In this document: positions 1-10,049 of the stretch, piece by piece
Layout: each line of letters starts with the position of its first letter
How positions within the stretch are numbered: position 1 is the first letter of the stretch
Virus record (IMG/VR): IMGVR_UViG_3300037553_000311
Coordinates: 1 to 64,000 of that record
Direction: 5' to 3' (one strand)
Origin: a virus
Length of the DNA: 64,000 nucleotides
The notes under the pieces: generated by a model
What the model was told of the DNA's origin: nothing
The model's input: only the letters and a program-made list of their open reading frames with translations
The model's database searches: none
Position numbers and translations under genes: made by a program

Positions 1-368
1 AGTTTGATCCTAACCTTAATATACTAGCTAAGAAGATATATGGTGGGACTGGTACTGATGAGTTTCGTGGAGTAACTACGGATTCCAATAATAATATCAC
101 ATGTGTTGGATGGACTAGTTCAGAAGGAGCTGGTAATTATGATGCATTAGTAGTGAAGTTATCATCTGATATACCTACTGGTACATTTGTAGGTACAGTA
201 CTCACTAATCTTACCCTAGGTGATAGTAACTTAACATTAGCTGATAGTAACTTAACCTTAGCTGATAGTAATCTTACATTCACTGATAGTAACTTAACCT
301 TAGCTGATAGTAATCTTACATTCGCTGATAGTAACCTGACTCAAGAATCTGATAATATCCTACTGTAA
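1..368 (+). CDS. 3' end of a beta-propeller repeat protein with C-terminal (NLT[L/F]ADS)n heptad repeats (partial)
   Basis: The frame from nt 3 reads FDPNLNILAKKIYGGTGTDEFRGVTTDSNNNITCVGWTSSEGAGNYDALVVK, continuous with ORF 153..368. Same ~51-aa blade as the other copies. Confidence 0.8.
   Translation, partial: FDPNLNILAKKIYGGTGTDEFRGVTTDSNNNITCVGWTSSEGAGNYDALVVKLSSDIPTGTFVGTVLTNLTLGDSNLTLADSNLTLADSNLTFTDSNLTLADSNLTFADSNLTQESDNILL
205..342 (+). repeat. 21-nt coding tandem repeat (gatagtaa[c/t][t/c]t[a/t]ac...), about 6 copies
   Basis: Repeat units directly visible; they encode DSNLTLA/DSNLTFA. Confidence 0.85.
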
Positions 369-525
369 GATTACTACTCAAATACTAATCTAATATACAT
401 ATATGATGAGAGTACTACTTTGAACCTAGTAGTATCACAATTATATCACATCAACTCCGTAGTATACCTAATGATATTAGGTATACTACGTGAAGTGTAT
501 TTATCATATGTCAGATCACATAAGA

Positions 526-550
526 TCTCAAGTATATATTACTATAGTAG
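526..550 (+). promoter_or_regulatory. Early-type promoter t[c/t]tca[a/g]gTATATATtActatagtag. Other copies near 5102, 8322, 22213, 26157, 30847, 38965, 40473, 42735, 54769, 57008, 58398, 59428, 63366
   Basis: 14 near-identical intergenic copies, all on + and upstream of + ORFs. Core resembles the TATATTAC early promoter of phiKZ. Confidence 0.75.
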
Positions 551-741
551 AAGTACATCAGATACAACCAGATGTATCTCTACTGATCTTTGATTAGTAG
601 ATAGCACATCAGATACAACCAGATGTACCTCTACTGATCTAGTAGTATGTATAGATTGTAAATGCATCTTCATCATCCATATATCAACTACCGATATCTA
701 TTGGTAGTTGATTATTTAATCATTAACCATAGGAGCATGAT

Positions 742-1896
742 ATGAGTAACGCAGTTAAAGCACCAGATCTTTCTCTCATCAGTAAATCGAAGAGTCGCAC
801 TATCCAACCGAAGAGTCGCACTATCCCAGTCGACACAACAACTAAAATACAAGAGGCATCTATGTCAGATAAGAAAGATACTACCCCAATCCCATCATCT
901 AACGCTAACGACATCGCTGATGATGGAGTACTCAAATGGACACTCACTGGTGCTGGTGGTGCTGGTAAGAAATCTATCATCAGATACGCTGAAGGTAATA
1001 AAGATACATCCACCCAGATGGTATCGATTGATACGTCAGGATCATCTTCGCTAGGTACTGATATTTCAAATATCGTAGAAATGATCCGTATCAAAGATCT
1101 CAATGGTTCAGGTAAACTCAGAGCTGAGAATCATAAAGTCCTCACTAACTTCATCAGCTCATATGTAAATGATCATCCATTTGAAGATGTCAATGTACTA
1201 GTGTATTCTTTCTCTGGTGGATCAGGTTCAGTCATTGGACCATTACTCACTAATGAGATATTACGTGCTGGTAAAGTAGCTATCGTACTCGGCATTATCG
1301 ATACCGATAGTGAAGTAGATACTATCAATGCACTCAATACACTGAAGACATTACAGAATTATGTATCTAAGCACGATGCATATCTCCCTATCGTACTCTT
1401 TGATAATGATACTACTAGACTCAAAGTAGATAACACTATCGATAAGATACTGGATAATCTCACTAGGTTATTCGATATCCCATATGAAGGTCTCGATAGA
1501 CAAGATCGTATCAAGTTCTTACAACCTAATCACTTCCAAGGTATATCTGGTGGTATCAAACTACTCAATATATCTAGTCAAGATAATGGTGACTGGGAAG
1601 ACTCATCTATAGTTTCACCTGTAGATGAATATGATAAGATCGATGCTACCATGATCATCACTGACCCAGCTACATCTATCAAGTTATCAACTAAATGTAA
1701 TATCACATATAGAGGGTTCCTGACTGATGGATCTAGTAAACCTCTCATAACTAGTATAGGATATGAGATACCTACATCACTCATAGAGAAATTGAATGCT
1801 ATCATACATTCATTCAGATCTATGTCTGTTAAAGAGACTACTGTAATCGATTCTGAATATGTAATCGGTACTGATACTAATGGGTTAGTACTATAG
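742..1896 (+). CDS. phuZ: PhuZ tubulin/FtsZ-like spindle protein
   Basis: GAGGAG N-terminal loop, NGSGK, tubulin signature SFSGGSGS, T7-like GLDRQD; jumbo-phage context. Confidence 0.88.
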   Translation: MSNAVKAPDLSLISKSKSRTIQPKSRTIPVDTTTKIQEASMSDKKDTTPIPSSNANDIADDGVLKWTLTGAGGAGKKSIIRYAEGNKDTSTQMVSIDTSGSSSLGTDISNIVEMIRIKDLNGSGKLRAENHKVLTNFISSYVNDHPFEDVNVLVYSFSGGSGSVIGPLLTNEILRAGKVAIVLGIIDTDSEVDTINALNTLKTLQNYVSKHDAYLPIVLFDNDTTRLKVDNTIDKILDNLTRLFDIPYEGLDRQDRIKFLQPNHFQGISGGIKLLNISSQDNGDWEDSSIVSPVDEYDKIDATMIITDPATSIKLSTKCNITYRGFLTDGSSKPLITSIGYEIPTSLIEKLNAIIHSFRSMSVKETTVIDSEYVIGTDTNGLVL

Positions 1897-1906
1897 GAGA
1901 ATTATT

Positions 1907-2125
1907 ATGAGATATAATAAATACATACTACTGATAGCATGTGTATATGTAATGACATTATTTGGATGCAGTACTAAAGTGATTGAGATTCCAGCACCAC
2001 AGTTACATTTCCCCATCCCACCAGTACATACACTCAAAGCACTGCAAGATATGAATGATCCAGAGACTGATACTTGGATTTATGAATTGAGTCGTCTGAA
2101 GGAGATGATGCACCACTCTAAATAA
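1907..2125 (+). CDS. Small lipoprotein (possibly o-spanin-like)
   Basis: Basic N-terminus, hydrophobic stretch, lipobox LFG-C, Pro-rich mature part, AGGAG RBS. Confidence 0.55.
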   Translation: MRYNKYILLIACVYVMTLFGCSTKVIEIPAPQLHFPIPPVHTLKALQDMNDPETDTWIYELSRLKEMMHHSK

Positions 2126-2199
2126 ATACACCCTATTCCACCATAGTGCTGACGTCAGCACTATGGTGGAATTATGAATACTTTAGGAGGTATTACTTT

Positions 2200-2433
2200 T
2201 TATTTGACAGGCTCATTATCGATTACAAGATCAGCACTACGTACATCAAATGCTTTACGAACCATCGTACACATTGGGAGTACGATTGCATCATCTATCT
2301 TATTAGGAGATAATTTGACCTGCTTTTCAACAAAGGTCACTACAGTATTAGCAAATTCCTTCAAGACATCTTGCGACATCATTCCTAGAAGTGTGCTAAT
2401 CAACATATCCAATAACTTATTTTTCATTACCAT
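2200..2433 (-). CDS. Small hypothetical protein
   Basis: AGGAG RBS on the minus strand; follows nrdJ; hairpin at 2137-2173 downstream. Confidence 0.6.
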   Translation of the reverse strand: MVMKNKLLDMLISTLLGMMSQDVLKEFANTVVTFVEKQVKLSPNKIDDAIVLPMCTMVRKAFDVRSADLVIDNEPVK

Positions 2434-2516
2434 TTCTCCTTACATATTAGTTATTCATAACTTAGCTAGATACATTTCTAGCTATTCATAACATAGATAT
2501 TTAGTATATTAATATA

Positions 2517-4619
2517 CTAAATACATTTACTATAACCACATGTTTTACATATATCACATCCGGATTCATGGATCAGTTCAGCTTGACAGTCTGGACAAAT
2601 ACTACGATAATGATTACCAGAATCACATAGGAATAACTTAAATAACTTACTCAACTGTGCTGGTAGATCAAACATATTACCACTAGATCGTTCTAGTTGC
2701 TTAATGATCTCATCTAAGACTACACCGTACCGTAGTAATAATGATACTAATCTACAAGTCATGACCCAGCTAGTAGCTTTATCACTAAGATCTACTCTAT
2801 TATCAAATGGGAATTTAGCAAACACCTCAATTGGTAACTTACGTTCATCTAACCCTATGATGATGTAAATAGATGATCCATCTGTATCCTTTAATCTATA
2901 TCGCTTAGCATCTAATACATCTGGTAATTCTCTCTTACTCAGTGCAGATACTTCAGTATCATTAGTAGTATTGAGTACCTGATGATCTCTAGATCCATCT
3001 CGATATACAGTAAGACCTTTACATGCTAGATCATACCCCATCATGTATATATCGTATACGTCAGTGATAGTAGCGTCGTTCTTTAGGTTGATAGTTTTAG
3101 ATATCGCTGCATCTACTCCATTAGTTTGTAACGTAGCTTGCATCAATACATGATCTTCAGGCGATATCTCTTGTGCTCCTCTAAATATATTCTGAAAGTT
3201 CTCTGGTATCTCATCATGTCCTAGTACTGTACCAGTGCTAATCACTTTAGCCATGAGTTCATCACTAAAGAATCCTTCACGTTTAGCTACAGTTTCAAAA
3301 TGCTTATTAACTAACATGAGATCAGTACCATCCATGACATGCTTACGTACTACTACTGAAAAGTATGGCTCACATCCAGATGCACAGTCTGCTATCATGG
3401 ATACTGTACCAGTCGGCTGAATTGACGTAAGTGCTGCATTTCTAAGACTGATATCATCTCCACTATTAACATATGCTGAATATGATCCCAACTTACTAGC
3501 TAACTTCATAGATGTATCTGTAGCTATCTTTTTTATAAATCCCATTATATTAGCTGATACACTTCTACCTAATTTACTATTATACGCAATCCCTAATTGG
3601 ATAAGGATATCATGTAATCCCATAATACCTAATCCTAACTTACGAGTACGTTTAGTAGCTATACCGATCTCTCTTATAGGAAACATATTCTTATCTACTA
3701 CGTTATCTAGGAATGTGATACTACTAGCTACTACGTGTGATAACCTTTCATAATCTATAGCGTCATCTTTTATGAAATTACTTAAGTTGATAGAACCTAG
3801 ATTACATGCTTCAAATGGAAGTAATGGTTGTTCCCCACATGGATTTGTAGCTTCGATATCACCGAGATGTGGCGTTGGATTATACTCATTGATTCTATCT
3901 ATGAAAATGACTCCAGGTTCACCATTCTTCCATGCTAGATTGACTATCTGATTAAATACATCTTTAGCTGATATCGATTCAGTTACACTATTAGTACTAG
4001 GTTCGATGAGATCAAATGATGTATCATTCTTAACGCATTCCATGAACTCATCAGTGATAGCTATACTGAAGTTAAAGTTATTGTACTTAGTTTGATCTTC
4101 TTTAGCATGTATGAATTCTACAATATCTGGGTGATCTATACGTAATACTGCCATATTAGCACCACGACGTTTACCACCTTGTTTGATTACATCAGTAGCT
4201 GAATCGAATACTGATATGAATGAGAGAGGACCAGATGCTACACCTTTAGTTGAGTTTACTAAAGAGCTTTTACTACGTAATTTGCTAAAGTTATATCCAG
4301 TACCACCACCTGATTTATGAATGAGTGCTCCATGCTTGATAGATTCAAAGATAGATTCCATTGAGTCTTCTACTGGTAAGACGAAGCATGCTGATAGTTG
4401 ACCTATATCAGTACCAGCATTCATTAGACATGGTGAATTAGGTAAGAAGTCTAGATCATATATGAGACTATAGAAATCACTACGTTCGGTATCATCATTA
4501 CCTATGGCGTCAGATATACGATGACACATGGTATTCCAATCTTCTTTATCACCTTGGGTATTTGTTAAATAGTATCTAGCGTCCAGTACATATTCTGCTG
4601 TATCTGTCAATTGCGACAT
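2517..4619 (-). CDS. nrdJ: Class II (adenosylcobalamin-dependent) ribonucleotide reductase with C-terminal TSCPD/Zn-ribbon region
   Basis: PNSPCLMNAG, LSACFV, QGGKRRGANM, TNPCGEQPL, IQPTGT, KGLTVYRDGSR; C-terminal CPDC...CKTCGYSKC. Confidence 0.92.
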   Translation of the reverse strand: MSQLTDTAEYVLDARYYLTNTQGDKEDWNTMCHRISDAIGNDDTERSDFYSLIYDLDFLPNSPCLMNAGTDIGQLSACFVLPVEDSMESIFESIKHGALIHKSGGGTGYNFSKLRSKSSLVNSTKGVASGPLSFISVFDSATDVIKQGGKRRGANMAVLRIDHPDIVEFIHAKEDQTKYNNFNFSIAITDEFMECVKNDTSFDLIEPSTNSVTESISAKDVFNQIVNLAWKNGEPGVIFIDRINEYNPTPHLGDIEATNPCGEQPLLPFEACNLGSINLSNFIKDDAIDYERLSHVVASSITFLDNVVDKNMFPIREIGIATKRTRKLGLGIMGLHDILIQLGIAYNSKLGRSVSANIMGFIKKIATDTSMKLASKLGSYSAYVNSGDDISLRNAALTSIQPTGTVSMIADCASGCEPYFSVVVRKHVMDGTDLMLVNKHFETVAKREGFFSDELMAKVISTGTVLGHDEIPENFQNIFRGAQEISPEDHVLMQATLQTNGVDAAISKTINLKNDATITDVYDIYMMGYDLACKGLTVYRDGSRDHQVLNTTNDTEVSALSKRELPDVLDAKRYRLKDTDGSSIYIIIGLDERKLPIEVFAKFPFDNRVDLSDKATSWVMTCRLVSLLLRYGVVLDEIIKQLERSSGNMFDLPAQLSKLFKLFLCDSGNHYRSICPDCQAELIHESGCDICKTCGYSKCI

Positions 4620-4714
4620 AGTTAGTATTCCTTATGATTATTAGTGAGTAGATCAGGTGCCATTATGACTAAAATATATCAGATCATAGTACTTATTTAT
4701 TACTAAAATATCAC

Positions 4715-4889
4715 ATTTCCTACCCCTTATAAAATCATGAGTAGGAGATCCCCTATTTCTACCTGTATATCCCTACGTGACCCCCCATATTTGCTATATT
4801 TCGTGTTTGCTACGTGCAGTAATATAGGCGTTCAGAAATGGGTATTTCAGTAAGTATGAAACTTATCTGAAATTAGCAGTATTTGAGAT
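4715..4889 (+). repeat. Repeat element E1 (ctgtatatccctacgtgaccccccatatttgc...aaatgggtattt). Copies at ~9625-9790 (inverted), 12533-12666, 29060-29150 (degenerate), 38680-38850 (palindromic)
   Basis: Direct comparison; 4760-4889 and 12534-12666 are nearly identical. Confidence 0.85.
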
Positions 4890-5233
4890 ATCTGATGACA
4901 TATTAGGCATTATTTGATATGTCATCTAATCGCTAGATCTGATGACATATTAGGCATAATTTGATATGTCATCTAATTGAGCTAATGTACTACATTTGAT
5001 ACATGATTCTTACACACTCTGAGCATGAGCGAACATCTTTACCTACTATCAAGAGTGCTATCGGTAGCTTACTATTTCAGGAGGAGTGTGATCTTCCGAC
5101 ATCTCAGATATATATCATCATAGTAGAAGGTATCAGCTACTACTTGATACCTACCACTGATCTTCGATTAGTAGTAAGTACATCAGATACTATTTGATAT
5201 GCTACCTGATCTAGTGAATATATAACGTATAGG

Positions 5234-5287
5234 ATAATCTATACACATGCTAAAAGTCAGATATCTGACATGATACCTTAGGAGGGT
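5234..5287 (+). promoter_or_regulatory. Conserved leader/RBS block ataatctatac...aaaagtcagatatctgacatgataccttAGGAGGgta. Copies before 5288, 8522, 22407, 39203, 57147, 58585, 63555; 3' part before 42900
   Basis: Near-identical block with a gtcagatatctgac palindrome and a strong Shine-Dalgarno directly before start codons. Confidence 0.85.
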
Positions 5288-6547
5288 ATGAATATGAAAG
5301 TGAATACTGAAGTAATGAATATCGATGGTAACGATGGGTGCGATTTTGATAAAGCAGCTATAGACTCTAATGATAATGAGCATTTTGATAAAGTAGTTAC
5401 TGACGCTAGTGGTAATACCATATGTGTTGGTACTGTCAGATCAGAAATGACCGATAGTCGTGTGGGTATATCATTAGTGAAGTTTGACACTAACCTTAAT
5501 GTACTAGTTAGAAAGGTATATAATGGTAGTGGTGGTGATAGATTCAGACAAGTAATTACTGATTCCGATAATAATATCATCTGTGTTGGATGGAATCATT
5601 CCGAAGGAGCTAGTAATTGGGATGCACTAGTAGTAAAGTTTGACCCTAACCTTAACATATTAGCTAGGACAGTATATAGTGGGACTGATTTGAGTGAGTT
5701 CCGTGGAGTAACAATTGATGATAATGATAACATCATCTGTATTGGTCATATTGCTTCAGAAGGAGCTGGTGGTTGGGATGCGTTAGTGGTGAAGTTTAAT
5801 AGTGATCTCAATGTGCTAGCTAATAAGATCTATAGTGAGACATATTGGGATGAGTTTTATGCAGTAGCTATTGACTCTAGTGGTAATGTCATCTGCACTG
5901 GTCAGACTCAATCAGGAAGAGCTGGTAGTTGGGATGCTCTAGTAGTCAAGTATGATAGTAATCTCAATGTATTAGCTAAGAAGATGTATGGTGGTATTAA
6001 TTTGGATGAGTTCAGTGCAGTAGCTGCTGACTCTAATGGTAATGACATCTGCACTGGTCAGACTCAATCAGGAAGAGCTGGTAGTTGGGATGCTCTAGTA
6101 GTCAAGTATGATAGTAATCTTAGCATATTAGCTAAGAAGATATATGATGGGGCTGGTAGTGATATATTTCATGGGGTAGTTACAGACTCTAATGATAATA
6201 TTATCTGTGTTGGACGTATCTCAGAAGGATCTGGTAATCGTATCGCACTGATAATGAAATTTGACACTAACCTCAATGTACTGACTAGGTATATCTATAA
6301 TGATACTGATAGCGATTGGTTCTATGGAGTTACCACTGATGATGATGACAATATCATCAGTGTTGGATGGACAAATTCAGGTAGTACGTCAGGAGCTGGT
6401 AATTGGGATGTATTAGTGGACAAGTTTGATAATAACCTTAATATACTAGCTAGTAAAGTATATTGTGTGACTGATGATGATGATGACTTTCACACAGTAG
6501 CTACTGACTCTAGTGGTAATATCATAGGCGTTGGATGTACTATCTAA
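5288..6547 (+). CDS. Beta-propeller repeat protein (about 8 blades of ~51 aa)
   Basis: Repeated F.gV.tDsngNiiCvG.t.seg.g..DalvvKfD.nLn.l..k.y motif; conserved promoter and leader upstream. Confidence 0.85.
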   Translation: MNMKVNTEVMNIDGNDGCDFDKAAIDSNDNEHFDKVVTDASGNTICVGTVRSEMTDSRVGISLVKFDTNLNVLVRKVYNGSGGDRFRQVITDSDNNIICVGWNHSEGASNWDALVVKFDPNLNILARTVYSGTDLSEFRGVTIDDNDNIICIGHIASEGAGGWDALVVKFNSDLNVLANKIYSETYWDEFYAVAIDSSGNVICTGQTQSGRAGSWDALVVKYDSNLNVLAKKMYGGINLDEFSAVAADSNGNDICTGQTQSGRAGSWDALVVKYDSNLSILAKKIYDGAGSDIFHGVVTDSNDNIICVGRISEGSGNRIALIMKFDTNLNVLTRYIYNDTDSDWFYGVTTDDDDNIISVGWTNSGSTSGAGNWDVLVDKFDNNLNILASKVYCVTDDDDDFHTVATDSSGNIIGVGCTI

Positions 6548-6610
6548 GATACCGGTACTGATACTCCACTAGTAGTGAAGTTATATGGTAGTAGTGATAC
6601 ATAATCTTAA

Positions 6611-6660
6611 TAAACTCATAGCATACCTATTACGGTATGCTATGAGTTTATTATTTTTTA
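6611..6660. terminator. Palindromic terminator family catagcatacc-N5-7-ggtatgctatg. Copies near 9363, 12766, 38554, 40357, 53407, 56850, 58285, 59316; variants near 458 and 61107
   Basis: Near-perfect inverted repeats right after stop codons, often followed by T-tracts or lying between convergent genes. Confidence 0.8.
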
Positions 6661-6767
6661 TACACTCTCAACATGAGTAATCAGTATCTACTCATATCAC
6701 ATCGGTACACTCTGAGGAGTAGGTAAAGATATTTGCTACTGCTGAGAGTGCATACATGATTTCCTAT

Positions 6768-7352
6768 CTAGTCCGTACTAATAGGTTTAGATAATTCAGA
6801 ATACGCATTCAATATATCTATCACCTCAGTCGTAGATCGTCTAATACCCTTAGTATTGATAAAGTAGCTATAGCTATACTTATCTACAAAATGGAAATAC
6901 ACTAGCACCTTATTATGTAACTCATGAATTTCATCAGCAGTAAGTCCATTAGTATTAGCATAGATATCTGTAGTCTTCAGTAGATCTCCAATAAACTTCC
7001 TATTAGCATATAGGTAATCTTCAAAATCACCACCTATATAGAAAAGGTAATCATGTATATTACAACAACTAGTGATATTCACACCATCTACATCCTCAGG
7101 TATATATTGAGTAATAAATGATCCTTCAGCACCACAACCATTACAGCATTCATCTAATTCATCATCAGTCATATCAAGCATACCATCTGGTATATCTAAC
7201 TGTGACTCTACTAACATATTTCGTATCATAGTACCACCCCAATTCTTTGGATCATTACCAGGTAATTTCATCTTGATTCGTTTTACCATACTCGATAACA
7301 TACTCAATCCAGTCAGTATAGTAGGAGTTAAATTACTCATCATCGTCATCAT
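6768..7352 (-). CDS. Phospholipase A2-like domain protein
   Basis: CNGCG...CCNIHDYLF motif (C-x-x-H-D catalytic dyad) followed by YANRKF. Confidence 0.55.
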   Translation of the reverse strand: MMTMMSNLTPTILTGLSMLSSMVKRIKMKLPGNDPKNWGGTMIRNMLVESQLDIPDGMLDMTDDELDECCNGCGAEGSFITQYIPEDVDGVNITSCCNIHDYLFYIGGDFEDYLYANRKFIGDLLKTTDIYANTNGLTADEIHELHNKVLVYFHFVDKYSYSYFINTKGIRRSTTEVIDILNAYSELSKPISTD

Positions 7353-7498
7353 CTCACCTTTTCATTTATTTATCAATCTTATTACGTCATCTACATCGGT
7401 AAACAAATATAATACTATAGTGGAGTATCAAGTATTATCCGATACTCCACTGATCTTCGATAATCTATCAGTCACCTATATTAAAATGGAGCCTACAT

Positions 7499-8302
7499 AT
7501 GAAAAACATCATCAACATCCTATTAAGAAAGTTATACAATCAGATACCTAATGAGCTACTAGAACTCACATTCAAACCTCATCAATCTAACCTATCACTA
7601 GATAGTATCATAAAAGAAGAAATCATCGTCAATATCGTATTAGTAGATTGTAATTTATATGCTGGTAGACCTACTAAAGTCACATTGACTAGAGAGATGC
7701 TAAAAGATATCAAATCACCTAAGACATCATCTATCATAGGTAATCAATCCATCTACTACATACCACCTGAATATCGTGAATTTAGAGATATCAGTGTCAT
7801 ACTAGATTTAGCATTCCCTACAGCGATAGGACTAGCCTCAGTATATCCTCAGCATCAACAATATGGTAGGACAGTACAAAATGCAGCAGATGATGCCCTC
7901 ACTAGTTTCAATAGACAACCCTCATATCAGACACCTCATGCTATCCTCTTAGGTAATAATTCAATCAAACTATCACCTCCCATGATGCATACTGTAAATT
8001 GGATAGTAAGTTGCATGTTGTCATATGATGATGATTTCACTAACCTAGGTAATAATTGCATCAGACCCTTAGAGAAATGTGTACTACATGCTACTGAAGC
8101 ATATATATATAATAAACTTAGAGTAGCTGTAAATCAAGGATACCTAGAGAGTGGATCACAGTTATCTAGTATATCGGATATCGTAGGTGACTATTCAGAC
8201 GCTAATGAGAAATATGATGAAGCTGTATTACGATTCAGAGGCGCTTCTATATTTGACAAAGAGACTATGTTAGATTATCTATCACTGACTATCGGATCTT
8301 GA
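7499..8302 (+). CDS. Probable conserved phiKZ-like virion protein
   Basis: 267-aa ORF with GGAG RBS; resemblance to jumbo-phage structural proteins is from recall only. Confidence 0.5.
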   Translation: MKNIINILLRKLYNQIPNELLELTFKPHQSNLSLDSIIKEEIIVNIVLVDCNLYAGRPTKVTLTREMLKDIKSPKTSSIIGNQSIYYIPPEYREFRDISVILDLAFPTAIGLASVYPQHQQYGRTVQNAADDALTSFNRQPSYQTPHAILLGNNSIKLSPPMMHTVNWIVSCMLSYDDDFTNLGNNCIRPLEKCVLHATEAYIYNKLRVAVNQGYLESGSQLSSISDIVGDYSDANEKYDEAVLRFRGASIFDKETMLDYLSLTIGS

Positions 8303-8521
8303 CATATGTGATCTCACGCTATCTTAGGTATATATTAACATAGTAGTAAGCATATCAGATACTACTTGATACACTTACTGATCTAGCGATTAGTAAGCAT
8401 ATCAGATACTACTTGATATACTTACTGATCTAGCGATTAGTAAGCATATCAGATACTACTTGATATGCTACCTGATCTTAAAGTCAGATATATCTGACAT
8501 GATACCTTAGGAGGGTAAGTT

Positions 8522-8656
8522 ATGAAAGTAGATAAAGACAGCCTAGTATCGATAATACTATCGATACTAGTCTTGGGAGCATTGATGCTCCCAAGTGGGA
8601 ACGTAATAGATGAATTTATGACACTAGCAGACATAGCTAATGTCATCTATAGATAG
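8522..8656 (+). CDS. 44-aa membrane peptide (MKVDKDSLVSIILSILVLGALMLP...), not in the ORF track
   Basis: Directly behind promoter, three hairpins and the conserved leader/RBS; hairpin terminator at 8662-8700. Confidence 0.65.
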   Translation: MKVDKDSLVSIILSILVLGALMLPSGNVIDEFMTLADIANVIYR

Positions 8657-8782
8657 GATTCAAGGATCACATGAGGTAACTTATATATCTCATGTGATCC
8701 TAACTACTGTATTTATTTTTATCACATACACTATTCACACATAAAAGAGGAGCATGTATATAAAACCAAGAGGTAACTGTTC

Positions 8783-9352
8783 ATGACTACTGATCATATA
8801 AATAACATGTTCTCAAACGAGGACATACTAATATTCGTAGGTAGTACCGATAATGAAAACACAGCAGTAGCACATATGATGAATATATCACCTCCATCTT
8901 ATGTCAAAATCATGTATGATGGGATGATACATCTAGCTGAATCTCACGTCACTAGATCATTCAATGATGTATGTCTAATGTCTAATGGTAATATCGTATG
9001 TATAGGTGAATGTACTATAGATGGTGATACTACTTCTATGATAGTGATGTTTGATTCAGTAGGTTATACTGTACAAATAGGGTCACCTACTGATTATACA
9101 TTACATAGTATTGAACGTCATAGTACTGACATGTTCATATGTGAAGCTAGTGATACATCTACATGTAGTAATGTCATCTTCAATAATACGTTAGATATAG
9201 AATATATTACCGATGTAGTAGATATAGTCATTGACGATGTACCGATTCCACAACATGATGATGATAGTAATGTAGTGATCAGATTTATCGTATGTACTTC
9301 ATTGATAATATCTGCTGCGTTAGTATATTACATTAGTAGGTCAGTAACATAA
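8783..9352 (+). CDS. Degenerate beta-propeller protein with a C-terminal transmembrane anchor
   Basis: FNDVCLMSNGNIVCIGE matches the blade motif; hydrophobic C-terminus FIVCTSLIISAALVYYI. Confidence 0.6.
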   Translation: MTTDHINNMFSNEDILIFVGSTDNENTAVAHMMNISPPSYVKIMYDGMIHLAESHVTRSFNDVCLMSNGNIVCIGECTIDGDTTSMIVMFDSVGYTVQIGSPTDYTLHSIERHSTDMFICEASDTSTCSNVIFNNTLDIEYITDVVDIVIDDVPIPQHDDDSNVVIRFIVCTSLIISAALVYYISRSVT

Positions 9353-10049
9353 TAAAATCCTCATCCATAGCATACCTGTAATAGGTATGCTATGGATATC
9401 GTATCTTATACTACCTGATCAGATGACCTCACTCTCAGCAGTAGCAAACATCTTTCACTACTACTCCAAAGTGCATTTATGTAATGGATCTATACGATAC
9501 TAAATCTATGTAGTTTTGCTACTCTAGATGCATCATATATGATAAGTGATAATGTGATATAAATCTACTCTAATTATACTTAGAATATATGCCTAATATG
9601 TTATCCGATCTAGCAAATATCTCAATTTTCAGATAAGTTTCATACTTACTCAAATACCCATTTCTGAACGCCTATAGAACCGTGTGTAGGAAACACGAAA
9701 TATAGCAAATATGGGGGGTCACGTAGGGATATACAGGTAGAAATATGGGGTCTGTCACCCGTGGTTTTATAAGGGGTAGGAAATGTGCTATTTTAGCACT
9801 TTATTTTAGCTGATATATAGCTAATCTAATCAGATATCAGCTACATTTACCATCTGATTCCATACTAAAAATATATACACTCTGAAGAGTAGCAAAAGAT
9901 ATCTGCTCATCTAGATATTATCACCTATCTCATTCACTCGTCATACCTATTAGATCCATTATCGCCTCCAGCATGATTACATGTCATCTATATCATCTGC
10001 GATAGACTTGAACATATCTAACAGTTATCATTAGTATCCATATAGAAAA

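Noticed and set aside
5003-5197. Short ORFs over regulatory repeats (5003, 38762, 58308, 58477, 63420, 11047, 11393)
   Set aside because: They translate non-coding modules; similarity between some of them reflects the DNA repeat, and they have no RBS.
5288-6547. Diversity-generating retroelement behind propeller variation
   Set aside because: No reverse transcriptase in the window, and differences between copies are not obviously restricted to adenines.
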